A stretch of DNA of 64,000 nucleotides from an uncultured delta proteobacterium. Lineage in GTDB: Bacteria; Desulfobacterota; WTBG01. Position numbers and translations under genes: made by a program. This document shows positions 51,776 through 63,159 of this stretch, piece after piece; position 1 is the stretch's first letter, and every line of letters begins with the position of its first letter. The notes below the pieces were generated by a model. That model saw only the letters and a program-made list of their open reading frames with translations, was not told the DNA's origin and made no database searches. The stretch is from the NCBI GenBank assembly GCA_963793865.1, contig CAWCBP010000009.1, forward strand, positions 13,424-77,423, given 5' to 3'.

Positions 51776-51934
51776 TTTGGGGAGAGGGTTAGGGGGTATA
51801 ATCCGGCTACCCCGAATATTTTCCGGACAGGTTGCACTTTTTATATAAATATGTTCTTTCTTTATGGAAAGGCCGAGGTCTTATGACCGATGCCAATGAT
51901 ATACAGCAGGGTAATAGAAGCGAGAGGTACCATT

Positions 51935-52117
51935 ATGGCAATCACAATCAGCGGTCAAACACTGTATTCAGTCTCCGAGCTGTCGCTCAAGCTCAACGTT
52001 ACTACCGTGACCATCAGAAATTATATAAAGCAGGGCAGGCTCAGGGGACACAAAGCAATGGGTAGATGGTTTATATCAGAACAGGATATGGTGGAGTTTT
52101 TTAACAGCCTCCAGTGA
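51935..52117 (+). CDS. Small HTH_17/excisionase-like DNA-binding protein
   Basis: YSVSELS..LNVTTVTIRNYIKQGRL...GRWFI pattern; GAGAGG RBS. Confidence 0.75.
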   Translation: MAITISGQTLYSVSELSLKLNVTTVTIRNYIKQGRLRGHKAMGRWFISEQDMVEFFNSLQ

Positions 52118-52385
52118 TATAAGCCGGACATCAATCAGCATTGAAACGCAGTGACGCCGCTCGTGCCCTCCCCGCAGCAATCCGGGTTCTCCCGAAATAC
52201 CTCCTTTCATGTTCATGCAGCCCTTCCTGCGCGCCTGAGGAAAAACGCCCGTTTTGAAGAAAAAGTTAAAGGTTTATCCGCTGCGGTCGATTGATAATAG
52301 TGTGATGAGCAGCAGCTAAATCTTTGAGCGGTACCTTCACACGTTCGAGGACGGGCGCAGGAAAGAGTGCCGTCCGGAGGGCACT

Positions 52386-52670
52386 ATGCTGATTGTAACA
52401 CCCCAGGCAAAGGAAAAACTTGTTGAGGCGCTTCACGAAAACACCCACGATCCCTGCGTGGCTATCAGGATTACCATCAACCCCAAAGCCCCGCGGCAGC
52501 TTGACCTGATACTGGACAAGGAAAAACGGGGGGACTTTGTGGTAAAGACCAATGAAGGGCTGAAGCTGCTGCTTATCCAGGCTCACCTGGCATCAAGGCT
52601 GGAAGGGCTGATCCTGGATTACGAGGATGGGCTGCAGGATTTCGTCATTGCCGAATTGACCCGGCACTGA
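52386..52670 (+). CDS. HesB/IscA-like fold small protein lacking the Fe-S Cys motif
   Basis: MLIVTPQAKEKL..AIRI..LILD....GD..LEGLILDY pattern; GGAGG RBS. Confidence 0.55.
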   Translation: MLIVTPQAKEKLVEALHENTHDPCVAIRITINPKAPRQLDLILDKEKRGDFVVKTNEGLKLLLIQAHLASRLEGLILDYEDGLQDFVIAELTRH

Positions 52671-52726
52671 GGTTTATCCATTTATTCTGATTGTCCCCGA
52701 AACAGAAATAATAGCTCGAAATTATT

Positions 52727-52755
52727 TGAATCCTGCGATCGAATCGCAGGATTCA
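52727..52755. terminator. Hairpin between convergent genes
   Basis: TGAATCCTGCGAT-CGA-ATCGCAGGATTCA, a 13-bp perfect stem. Confidence 0.6.
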
Positions 52756-52840
52756 GTGTTTTCCGGAGGGGGTAATAGAATATTCTGTATGCGCTTTATC
52801 TTTTGTCTGTCATCCTCGCCAAAGCGGTGACCCGCATCTT

Positions 52841-55015
52841 CTACTCAACCGGCCGCTTCTCTCCCGGTTCCACGCCATCCCAGTAAACCCCGCAGTTGCT
52901 TCCCGGAAGCTCAAGAGATGCCGTCTGGCCCAGGCCATCCAGGTTGCTGGCAGTGATGCCGCGGTCGCTCACGGCATAGAGATAATCGCCCATGAAAATG
53001 CTGCGCCTGATGTCCTGGTAGCACCAGTAGGATGCCGGGTCGCTGTTGTAAAAAGCGGAATGGTCGATGCTCCCATATAGCGAGAGCCCCTGGTCCGGGT
53101 CAACGGTGACAAGCACCAGCTTGCTCACGTATTCGTAGTCGCAGTAGTAGTCATCAGCGCACTTGTAGCGGCTGGTGCTCAAGGGAACGGCCAGCAGCTT
53201 TCTGGGGGCCCAGTACTGGAAGGCCTTGTGCTGATAAGTCGCCTCGCTTGATCCCCACGATGACCAGTCGTCGCCTTCAACGGCTGATAAGGTATAGGTG
53301 GACTTGAGCACCGGGTTGGCAAAATCCGAGACATCAAAGAGGGATACCTTGATTGAGCCGTCAAAGCCCGTTTCGTCACCTCCCATGCCGATGGTCAGCA
53401 GGCGGTCTTCGGCAATGGGGTGGAGATAGGTTGATACGCCGGGCACCTCCAGGCTTCCGATGATTTGGGGATTTGCCGGGTCGCTGAGATCTATGGTCCA
53501 GAGCGGATCAATATAGCGGGCGGTTGTGAGAAACGCCTTTTCCCCCATGAATCGCGCCGACCAGATGGTCTCGTCCACCGCGATGCCGTCGAGCTGTCCC
53601 ACAACATCAAGTTTGTCGGTGCCGCCAAGCACATACACATGGTTCTCGGTTGGCGGGGGACTTTCCACCCACCAGCGGTTCCACTGGCCGGTGGTGGTGG
53701 CCACCCTGACGTAGCCTTCATATTCGGACAGGGAGAACTGGCTCAGCACCGTCCCGCTGACGCGCCCGCTGCCGGTATACACCGCCTCTCCGGGAGCGGA
53801 AATATCGAAGCGGTGGATGTTGGTTGCCTCTTCCAAATCCTCGGTATCATAGTACCACCACCAGCCCTGGGATGACTCGGCAATGAGCAGGGTATCGGTG
53901 GATGCGTAAATAAGGCTCCAGTTGCTGACAATGTGGTCCGAGGCGAAGTTTATCTCGCTGCCCAGCAGATTAAAGCTGGCGATGGAGGTAAATCCCCGGC
54001 TCGCGCCGTCATCGGCAATGACAAAATTGCCGCAGCCCTGGGAGGCTTCATCGTAGGCAATAACCTCCCCTTCCCCGGTGAGCTCAAACCGTTTGGGAAC
54101 CAGGTCCGCAAGGGTAAGCGCGGCAATAGTTTCGTCATTGTGCTGAATGGCCCTGGCTATGGCGTCCGTCCACATCTGCTTCCGCGCGGGATCGTCGTAA
54201 GGCAGCAGGTAATATTCCTCCGGTAGCTCCGGCCAGTAGAGCAGGCCGTAGGGCTCGGTATAGGAGTATGCAAGCAGATGCACCGAGCCGTCAATCTCGC
54301 GTGCCGTCTGGTATGAACCTTCCAGGTAGAACTGGCGAGTCACCCGGGGATTCAAGGGGTCGGCAAGATCAATCAGGGTTATTTTGGTGAGGGTTGTGCC
54401 CGAATAGTACCAGACCGAATCATCGCCGTTGACGAGATCGGAGAGGGGATGCTGCTTATCCATGTCGTAGGTGTACACGCTGGAAAAGACCGCCGCCTTA
54501 ACTGCCGGTCCGTCGGGTGTTTCCTTGGCAATAAGTATCTCGTTGGGGTAGCCCTCTATGGTAAGCCGGGCCGTTTCACCGATCCGGCCGAACTCGGGAA
54601 CGCTTACAATGACAAGCTCGTTTCCGCTCAGGGTGTAGATGTAGTAGCCGTCGGTTTTCAGAAGATCCGCTTCATCTGCCCCTGCCTCCTGGTTATTGGT
54701 GCCGGAGTAGTCAACACCCTCCTGGCGGCCGCCGCTGTCAAAAGATCCGGCCGTGTCGGTCGCCTCCTCAGGGGGAAGATAGTAGAATTCCCCATCCGCA
54801 AGGCTTAACAGGTAGGCGCGCATCTCTTCGGAAAGGTTGTCCTTCAGCCGCTTTTCAAGATCATTGCAGGATGGAAATGCAACAAGGTTGGCTGAAGTCC
54901 TCACCCGGTCACCTATCTGTGGCAGGTCTGTATTATTATTGCAGCCGGAATAAAGAAAAAACGCCGCCAGGAACAGAACCGCCGCGCACACTCTTTGATA
55001 AGCCGGAGTTTTCAT
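52841..55015 (-). CDS. Secreted beta-propeller domain lipoprotein
   Basis: Lipobox LYSGC; YSGTNNQEAGADEADLLKTDG, QFSLSEYEGYVRVATT and DPLWTIDLSDP..GSLEVPGVSTYLHP motifs. Confidence 0.8.
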   Translation of the reverse strand: MKTPAYQRVCAAVLFLAAFFLYSGCNNNTDLPQIGDRVRTSANLVAFPSCNDLEKRLKDNLSEEMRAYLLSLADGEFYYLPPEEATDTAGSFDSGGRQEGVDYSGTNNQEAGADEADLLKTDGYYIYTLSGNELVIVSVPEFGRIGETARLTIEGYPNEILIAKETPDGPAVKAAVFSSVYTYDMDKQHPLSDLVNGDDSVWYYSGTTLTKITLIDLADPLNPRVTRQFYLEGSYQTAREIDGSVHLLAYSYTEPYGLLYWPELPEEYYLLPYDDPARKQMWTDAIARAIQHNDETIAALTLADLVPKRFELTGEGEVIAYDEASQGCGNFVIADDGASRGFTSIASFNLLGSEINFASDHIVSNWSLIYASTDTLLIAESSQGWWWYYDTEDLEEATNIHRFDISAPGEAVYTGSGRVSGTVLSQFSLSEYEGYVRVATTTGQWNRWWVESPPPTENHVYVLGGTDKLDVVGQLDGIAVDETIWSARFMGEKAFLTTARYIDPLWTIDLSDPANPQIIGSLEVPGVSTYLHPIAEDRLLTIGMGGDETGFDGSIKVSLFDVSDFANPVLKSTYTLSAVEGDDWSSWGSSEATYQHKAFQYWAPRKLLAVPLSTSRYKCADDYYCDYEYVSKLVLVTVDPDQGLSLYGSIDHSAFYNSDPASYWCYQDIRRSIFMGDYLYAVSDRGITASNLDGLGQTASLELPGSNCGVYWDGVEPGEKRPVE

Positions 55016-55047
55016 ATATCCTCCTTATGGTGTCACCCATCTGAAGA

Positions 55048-55464
55048 TTATAGCGTTTTTACATAACCTCCTTCAGCGTAGCGGAGGATTTGTTTGTCAA
55101 AGGTAAGTAATGTTGCGTTTAAAACCCTTGCAGATGCCACAATAATCATGTCTGCGGGATCACCATGGAATTTTCCCGGCAGCAGCGTGCTTTCTACAGA
55201 AATTTCCGGGGTCAACTGGCAAACGGTAATACCCGGCGCCGCAAGAGCTTTTTTAAGCCAGACCAGTGCACCTTCTTCCAGGGTAATTTTGCCCCGGGCC
55301 GAAAGCATGGCTACTTCCCATAATGATATTGAAGCAATCTTCACCGCCGACGCTTTAGCTGCCCTTTGAATCACAGGGATATAACCGGATTTCCTTATCT
55401 TGTCATCCCCATTCATAAGCCAGAGCCAGATATGTGTGTCAAGCATCAGCATTGCAGGTGTCAT
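55048..55464 (-). CDS. vapC: VapC (PIN domain) toxin
   Basis: LDTHIWLW, SISLWE, HGDPADMII and LLTFD motifs; ATGA overlap with the antitoxin gene. Confidence 0.9.
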   Translation of the reverse strand: MTPAMLMLDTHIWLWLMNGDDKIRKSGYIPVIQRAAKASAVKIASISLWEVAMLSARGKITLEEGALVWLKKALAAPGITVCQLTPEISVESTLLPGKFHGDPADMIIVASARVLNATLLTFDKQILRYAEGGYVKTL

Positions 55465-55694
55465 CTCTTTAATGCAGACCAGTTTTCAACCAGGGGCTTG
55501 GTGATATCGCAGGAGACCTTGACCGTCCCTTTTAGATAGCCGAACACTGATTTCGCTTTTTTTTCTTCAATGGGGATCAGTTTTGCTACCGGCCTTCCAT
55601 GCTTGGTTATAATGATTTCCTCGCGTGCATTTCTAACATGTTCCATGACCTTGAGGCATTTGGCCTTGAATTCCCCTGCCGCCATTTTTACCAT
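55461..55694 (-). CDS. Phd/YefM family antitoxin
   Basis: AGEFKAKCLKVM..IIITKHGRPVAKL pattern; AGGAGGAG RBS. Confidence 0.9.
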   Translation of the reverse strand: MVKMAAGEFKAKCLKVMEHVRNAREEIIITKHGRPVAKLIPIEEKKAKSVFGYLKGTVKVSCDITKPLVENWSALKR

Positions 55695-55836
55695 GTCACT
55701 CTCCTCCTGAAAAATATGACTATAAAATTTAACCATACTATATATTAATAGTCAAGGCTGAATTCCTTTTTGTATTTTTGACAAACAAGCATGTCTATGG
55801 TAATTTACGGGAAATTATTTGAAAAAGATCGAGGAA

Positions 55837-56160
55837 ATGTCTGTTAAAGCTGATTCAGTAAAAACAATTATCAAGAAGTATATTCGGGAACTGGAAAGAA
55901 ACCGGATTCTGATATCGGAAGCCATTATCTTCGGTTCCCATGCCAAGCGCAATGCAAAACCTCATAGTGATATTGATGTTGCGCTCATCTCAAGTGCCTT
56001 TACCGGCGATCGCTTCGAAGATCGCAGGAGAATTGTGCCCCTGAGGAGAAAAATTGATAGCCGCATTGAACCGATTCCTTTTAAGCCTGAAGATTTTAAT
56101 AACGGTGGAATGCTGGCAGAGGAGATAAAAAAGACGGGTATCACTGTGTTTAAAAGGTAG
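55837..56160 (+). CDS. Minimal nucleotidyltransferase (MNT) domain protein
   Basis: IFGSHAK...SDIDV motif; no HEPN partner seen nearby. Confidence 0.85.
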   Translation: MSVKADSVKTIIKKYIRELERNRILISEAIIFGSHAKRNAKPHSDIDVALISSAFTGDRFEDRRRIVPLRRKIDSRIEPIPFKPEDFNNGGMLAEEIKKTGITVFKR

Positions 56161-56361
56161 ATGGTATCACGAATGTCTAAAATTGAGACCTGACCCCTCG
56201 TTGTTTTACGAGTCATTACCGCGTATAGCCTTGAATTCAACGTAGTCAACAACGTCCCCACCTCTGTTTTTATTGCTTCTTGCAGGGATGTTTTAGAGGT
56301 TTCTTAGCATTCTCCTTCGGTAGAGGAGATTTTGTTAATGCACTCCTCCCTAAAAATTTCA

Positions 56362-56398
56362 CCCTCGCCCCATTGGGGAGAGGGATGGGGTGAGGGGG
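56362..56398. repeat. REP-like palindrome (inverted copy of 51536-51574)
   Basis: CCCTCGCCCCATTGGGGAGAGGGATGGGGTGAGGGGG. Confidence 0.75.
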
Positions 56399-56465
56399 CT
56401 GAATGTCAAGGAGCATTCAGAAGTTAGCAATCAGAACTCAGAAGGTATTTTCAGTGCATTGCCCT

Positions 56466-59400
56466 TCATTCCGCAATCTGCTCACGCTCCTCTACCATCA
56501 TAAAGGGAAGTGACCTTAGATCCAATTCCCCGGCAACCACCTCCAGGTTGGTTTTGACACTTACCTCGATCGAGTCGCCAAGCTGTCCTGTGATCCAGGT
56601 GGGCATGATGAGGCCCATGCAGAAAAGGGTCTGCTGATTAATAACAAAAGGCATGATTCATGATCGAGGGTGGGCTGAAGCTGACCTTGCTGGCCCCGCT
56701 GAAGTGGGTGTTGGTCCCCCTGATGCTCATGAAGAAAGGAAGTGGTATCCAGCGTGACTGCATGATACGTTGAGGGATTACAGAGATGCTCGGAAACAAG
56801 CAGTCATCAGTTTCATCATCGCACGTAACCCCTTCGGGACAGGGATCTGTTCCGTCAAGGCAGGTGCCGGCTGAACACATTTCAATACCGTTACAGAATT
56901 TCCCGTCATCACACTCGGCGTCCTGTATGCATCCCGTGCAGGCATTTTGTTCTTCATCACAGGTAACGGTGGCTGGGCAGGGATTGCCTGAATTCTGGCA
57001 CACATCGTTTGCCTCGTTGCAGGACTTCCTGCCATTGCAGAATATCCCATCATCAGCGCAGGGGGGTGTTCCCGGCTGGCAGGTCCTGTTCACACAGGTT
57101 TCGGTACCATTGCAGAAGAGGCCGTCATTGCAATCAGCGGCAGACCTGCAGGCTCCCGTGTCCCGCGGATTCATGTCAATGTCCTGCCTGAGGTGTTGGT
57201 CCGAGGTGTCTATGTGGATGCCGTAACTGGAGTCGATATACCGGTCTTTGCTGGCAGTCATGGTCCAGTCCCCCGGCCACTCGGACAAATTGTACTCTCC
57301 GCGGGTGGATATGTCAGCCCCTCCGCCGGTGCTGATAATGATAGCACCGTCTATGCCTTGCCCTGATACCGAGTCCTCCACCCTCCCTCTAACCGTGGCG
57401 GTTAACTCCTGGTGCGCATCATACACCTTCAGGTCATAGCTCATCTCACCTTCTATATAGGCACAGTCTCCCCGGAATACTTTCACGTAGTAGATGCCTT
57501 CCTGGTATAACCCATTTCTGGTACAATCAAAATCAAACCAGACTTTGTTATTACACCGGGTACACTGCTTGCAACGGCAAGCGGTTCTTCCAGGTTACCT
57601 TCCTTATAGAGCTCAATCACCGGGCAGTTTACACCCAGATTGCCTGCCTCGATGGTATAGGTGTGCACCTGCTCATTAACTTCGTTCTCCCAGGCAACAC
57701 CGTAAAACTTCACCCAGTCTACGTCATCTCGGGATGATGAAAGGTATGCGGCTGCGGGCTGGGGTGGTTTACCACGATCACATTGGCTTCCAAAGGATCA
57801 TCATCAAAAATACCATCCCCGTCAGGATCTTCATAGATATCCCCGCCCGGCTGGTTGATGATGGGTTCGGAGGGTTCGGATATGTCAGGTTCTGCTCCCT
57901 CCGCAGCCCGGCTCATGGCATACACGGTTACCTTGCAGGCATAATCGACATTGAGAGTATATGCATAGGTACCATCCTCGTCAGGGTCAAAGAGCTCCTG
58001 CTCCAACACCTCCAGTGGCACGCCTTCCGAGTCACCCGGGCAGTAGCTGATGGGTCGTATCACTGCCCAGACCTTCTCAACCGGGTTGATTGAGCTTATG
58101 TTGTGGGCGGTAATGGTTAAGCTGTCCCATCCCTTACCACGGAAACCGAACCGATTATGGGAGGATCATCGGCATAGGCCACCCCGTCTCCGAGGTGTAA
58201 TTCTTGAGCAATCTCATAGTCGACCTGTTCATTTGCAATGCCGTTGCCGTTTGCATCGATGAGGGGATGCTGGGGCCGGTAGCAGGAAAAGCTGATGTCA
58301 TTCTCCCGGCTGCAGTAAGAAATGGCGCTTTTTGCAATACCGAAATGCGTCACCGATGGTCGCACCTGCTGCAATCCGGTCCCAGAAGAAGGAGGAAAAG
58401 GAGACGCTTCCTTCTGTCTTGAAGTAAGCAGCGCTCTCAGGGCCGGTGCTGGTGATGATGATGCGCTCTTTACTCGGAGGGCATGGTCTCCGGCGCATGG
58501 ATAAAGCTGCCTGATTTGTTGCCGTCGTAGATGAGGGTTACCCGTGACTGCTTTTTCTCCTGAATATCATCAAGCCATGCATCGAGCTGGAGGAAGTGAG
58601 GATTTTTTCACATCGCTCATATTCACGTCATCATTCATGGCAAAGGTGCCGGTATCACCTGCACCGATAAGATAGATGGTAAGATCGAGGTTGTCTATAT
58701 CTGCGTTGTTGGCAAGACCTTCAAGATGAAGGCCCAGGTAGAAGACAGAAGGGGCACCATCAACACCCGGTATGCCGGAACCGCCTCATAAAGTAGATGT
58801 CTTCATGGATCATAAAACTGATCGAGAAGGGCATTGTAGGCAAGTGAGGTGTTTTTCTCTATCATCGCCCTGTTCAGTTCTCCGCCTGCGCCGCCTGCCA
58901 CGATGACAGCCCTCCTGGTGAGGTTGCGGGAGAGAGTCATAAACTTTGGCTGGGAAGTATTGCCCTTTCTGTCCATGGCATAGACGGCAATCTGGTAGAT
59001 GCCCATGGAGATAAACCCATCATAGGTACCTGCGTAATTACCCTCTTCTCTCTATAGGGAGCAGGTCAACCGAAGGAAGGTCGGTCAGGGGATTGGCAAC
59101 GGAGCCCGGGTCAAAATGGGGAGGCCAGATCACTGCCCATACCCGGGCAATCCCGTCCCCGTCCGGGTCGGTGACTGCGTTCGCATGGATTACTGCCTGT
59201 GTTTCAAGATGAAGTTCGAGGTGGTGAGGTGATTATATTGCCAATCACAGGGGCGTCGCCTACCATACCCTGAATACGGTTGCCGATATAAACATTGCTT
59301 CCCGCATCGGGCGGCATGATCTGGGGCGTCTGGCTGGCAAGGACATTTATTGCACCGCTTGCAGTGTCGAACGATTCTCTGATGCTGGAACCGTTGAAAA

Positions 59401-61865
59401 TGCTGGTCCAGAAGAAATTGGAAAAGGATATGGTGCCCTGGTTGATAAACTTTGCCTGCTCGAAGGCTCCGGCACTGGTAATAATGATGCGGTTAGTACC
59501 CTGCAGGGCAGACATGAAACTTCCTGACTGGCAGGCATCGATGATCACGATGACCCTGCTGGGGAAGATGTCAAGCATGGAGGCAAGACTAGAAGCGGTG
59601 AGGGTTTCTGTATCGTTCAGGCGGAAAATCCCTGTCCCTCCTTCATCAGTACCGCCATGGTCGGTTAGGTACAGCACCAGGTTCTCGGCATTATTATTTG
59701 CTGCTTGCCGAATTGCATCGTTGAGGTTACAGTGCTGGGGACACCCTTTACATTTGACTCACCATCGTCATCAAGATCAAGGTCGGTATCTTCGGAGAAG
59801 TAGGTGATGTCATCTTTGGTAAAGCCCTGGTAGGTCAATGCACGGTAGGCAAAGCTGGCACACATCTGCGTGGCATCCCACAGGCTGTTGCTGTAAGAAC
59901 CGCCCCCGGCAACGATAATTGCCCTGCTGTTTTCTATGCTCTCAGCCTTGGTGAATACCTGGATGCGGTTGTTGTCAGTGTCTGCTACATAAACTTTTTC
60001 ATTACTATCAACCGCAAGGTAATAAATTCACTCATCTGTCCGGGACCGGAACCAAAAGTGCCCAAAGAAGCAATAAGTTCACCTTCAGAGGTAAATTTCA
60101 AGACACCGATAATTTTCGCTATCAGCAACATAAACATTTCCGTTTTCATCCGTTGCAAGACCCCATGGCCAATTGAATGCATCGTTCGGGGCTGCTTCCG
60201 TCCAGGTTGTAATGTAATCCCCATTCAGGGTAAATTTGTGAATATAATTATTCCTTGTATCGGCAACATAGACATATGCAGTCCCTGCTAAATCTCTGTC
60301 AACCGCTATGCCAGATGGATAACTGAATCTCTCGCTATTACCCCATGTTTCCCACGGGATATCAGGAGTGTAGACAGTGCCGCCAGGATTAGGTGTAAAT
60401 TTTTGAATACGATGATGACGCACGTTACAAAAGTCGGTCGATCTATCATCACAACGAAACTCATTACAGTTGGAATTGTTAATATCACAACGAATCCTTT
60501 CCTCAGTATCGTCTGTTACATATACATTGCCGTTGCTGTCTAATGCTATGCCTCGAGGCCTGAACGGCAAATTGTCAACACTTTCCAAAGAGGCAATATA
60601 TTGCCTGTCAGGTGAGAACTTTCGAATCTGATAATTTCCGGGATCACACCCCCAATAATAACATTTCAAATCACCTACATAAAGATTCCCAATTTCATCT
60701 ATAGTTATGATGATCGGATCAGTAAACTGACCGGGATAACCCCAAGTAGTATGGGTGCCGTCCGGTGTAAAGATATGGATAATGTGCAAAAAACGATCCG
60801 TCACATATATGGTTTCATTGTTACTTATGCAGATACCATTCGGCTGCATAAACGCATCATCATCTGTGGTATAGCTGGACCATACATTTATGGGGTCGAA
60901 ATTCTGATTGAGTTTTTTGATTTGGCTGCTTTCAGCATCTGTTAAATAAATATATCCGTTTTCATCTACTGTAATACCAAATGGATCATATAATTCGTCC
61001 TCGTTAAAACCAGATTCCCTTTCCCATGTTATGATTAACTGACCTTCAGGGCCTATTTTGTGGATGTACGCTGTTTTGCCATGGATCAGTTATGTAAATA
61101 TTTCTTTGTTCATCTGCTGCTAAACCATTGACAGAGTAAAACCGGGCACCACCCGGGAATTCATTTCCCAATTTGAGAATGAAAGTGCCATCTGAAGCAA
61201 ATTTCTGGATCCTGGAATAATAATCTGCTACATATACATAATTATCTGCATCAATTGCTATCGCGGTAGGTCTATAAAATTGTCCATTGCCTGTGCCATA
61301 ATCTCCCCACTTAATAATAAAGTCCCCATTGGTAGTAAATTTTTGGATGCGGTCGTTAGCGAATCCGAAACATAAACAAAACCATTCTGATCCACTGCTA
61401 TTCCCGAAGGATATGCAAACTGTCTGTCAGCAATACCCTGTTCTCCCCATTTGTTTAGAAATACACCATCAGAGGTAAATTTTTGAATGCGATGATTGTG
61501 CGTGTCGGTGACATAGACATTACCACTGTTATCGACTGCGATATCTCTGGGGCCTTCAGACTCATAGTATCCAAACTCCCCGTCACCTGTTCCCTGTTTC
61601 CCCCAGCGGTGATAAATTGACCATCCTGGGTGAACTTTTGAATGCGGCAGAAACCTGAATCAGCTATATAAACAGATCCGTCCGGGCCTATGGCAATGGC
61701 CTGCGGGTAGCTGAAATACCAGGGCTGGGGAAGGGTGGGCCACATGCGCTCGAAGCGGTAAGTTTCCTGGCCGGAGACTGATGAAGGGAGGGTTAACAGT
61801 ATGGCCAGTAATAGGAGAAAAGCTGACTCAAAGTGTGCTAGTGGTTTGCATTTTATTTTTTTCAT
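56466..61865 (-). pseudogene. Large secreted protein: NHL propeller repeats, two C13/caspase-like domains, carboxypeptidase-regulatory-like domain and Cys-rich repeats; many frameshifts (pseudogene or assembly errors)
   Basis: Signal peptide at 61865. NHL units (P.GIAVD..G.VYV.D..N.RIQKF) in several frames; LYLTDHGG and IIDACQSGSF in ORF 59204-59677; CNDGLFCNG.ETC repeats in ORF 56638-57486. Confidence 0.65.
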
Positions 61866-61952
61866 ATACAACTCTTAAAAATTATTGTGCAGTGAATTCA
61901 TACTGGAAATCTTCTGCAACTTCTTAATAGCTGCTTGGCGAGTTTTATTGTA

Positions 61953-62119
<167 letters not shown>

Positions 62120-62182
62120 GCATAGATTATAAGGTTAATTTCTAGAGGTATCCATATGTAAATATCCGTTTTATGCATCGTA

Positions 62183-63121
62183 CTAGAAATTTTCTTTTGG
62201 CCCTTTTTGAGTTGACCCATGTTTGTTAACAGGCCTGACTTGGGGCTGATTCATCCCCTTACTAATAACTTCATTGACCCAGTCTTTTATTTTAGGATTA
62301 GACACGAATCCCACTTCGGCTATAGCCCCTTCAGCGGGTTTGCTATTGTCAATTATGCCGCTAAGGTAGGATTGTAATTCCTTGTAAGGTCCGTCTTCAA
62401 ATACGTATGGGACAACAATGACCCTGCCCTTTTCCTTCAAAGCTCTTGCTTTTCTTCTTAGGTCGATGATGGACTGCTCGGCGATCAGGTCAGCCGAGTG
62501 ATTCCTGACGGTCGCACACACGACTTCTTGAACTCCCAGTTCCGTACCAATCGCATTTCCCATTTGCTCAAGCCTTCGTACCCACGCGATATTTTCAAGT
62601 TCGTCAACCGGTCCGTACGCAAACAGGAGGAGTCTCTCATTTTTCGGATTCGTCGATAAATTCTTTGCATGCTCTTTAAGAATTTCAGCGGCTACAGGGT
62701 GATCATCCATTGCCGGTGCAAGTTTAAATTGCAATGCGTTCATACCTAAGGCATTTGCTTTGTCATTAGCACGGGTTTTTATATCCTCATGACGGATGTA
62801 AGAACAAGGCGATAAGGGTATGAGCAAAATATGGCTGATTCCTCCTAGGTGGATATTTCTAAGTGCATCATCCATCTTCCCTTGGTTATTGTTACCTAGA
62901 AAGGCGACTTCTAAACCTGACAGAGATGGATTGGGTGTCGGTGCAGACCTGACATTGTTTTTCAGGTTAATAACCTTTTGGTTATGAGCAGAATTTGTTG
63001 AGCCATGCGCGACAAATATGGCGCTAAACCGTTCCTGTGCTTGAGCAAAGCGTGTAGCCGAATAAAGTGAAGTGCATAAGAGAACGAGTATGAATAAAGA
63101 TATCTTTTTGTTATCTTTCAT
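62183..63121 (-). CDS. Exported CbiX/SirB chelatase-like protein
   Basis: Signal peptide; IFVAHGS, EVAFL and ILLIPL..RHEDI motifs; second domain LLFAYGP..IVVPY. Confidence 0.6.
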   Translation of the reverse strand: MKDNKKISLFILVLLCTSLYSATRFAQAQERFSAIFVAHGSTNSAHNQKVINLKNNVRSAPTPNPSLSGLEVAFLGNNNQGKMDDALRNIHLGGISHILLIPLSPCSYIRHEDIKTRANDKANALGMNALQFKLAPAMDDHPVAAEILKEHAKNLSTNPKNERLLLFAYGPVDELENIAWVRRLEQMGNAIGTELGVQEVVCATVRNHSADLIAEQSIIDLRRKARALKEKGRVIVVPYVFEDGPYKELQSYLSGIIDNSKPAEGAIAEVGFVSNPKIKDWVNEVISKGMNQPQVRPVNKHGSTQKGPKENF

Positions 63122-63159
63122 AATTCTCTCCCTCCTTTTACCTCTGTTTGTGGCCTTAA

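Noticed and set aside
52386..52670. HesB-like selenoprotein
   Set aside because: There is no in-frame UGA or Cys/Sec motif; the terminal TGA is at the expected end.
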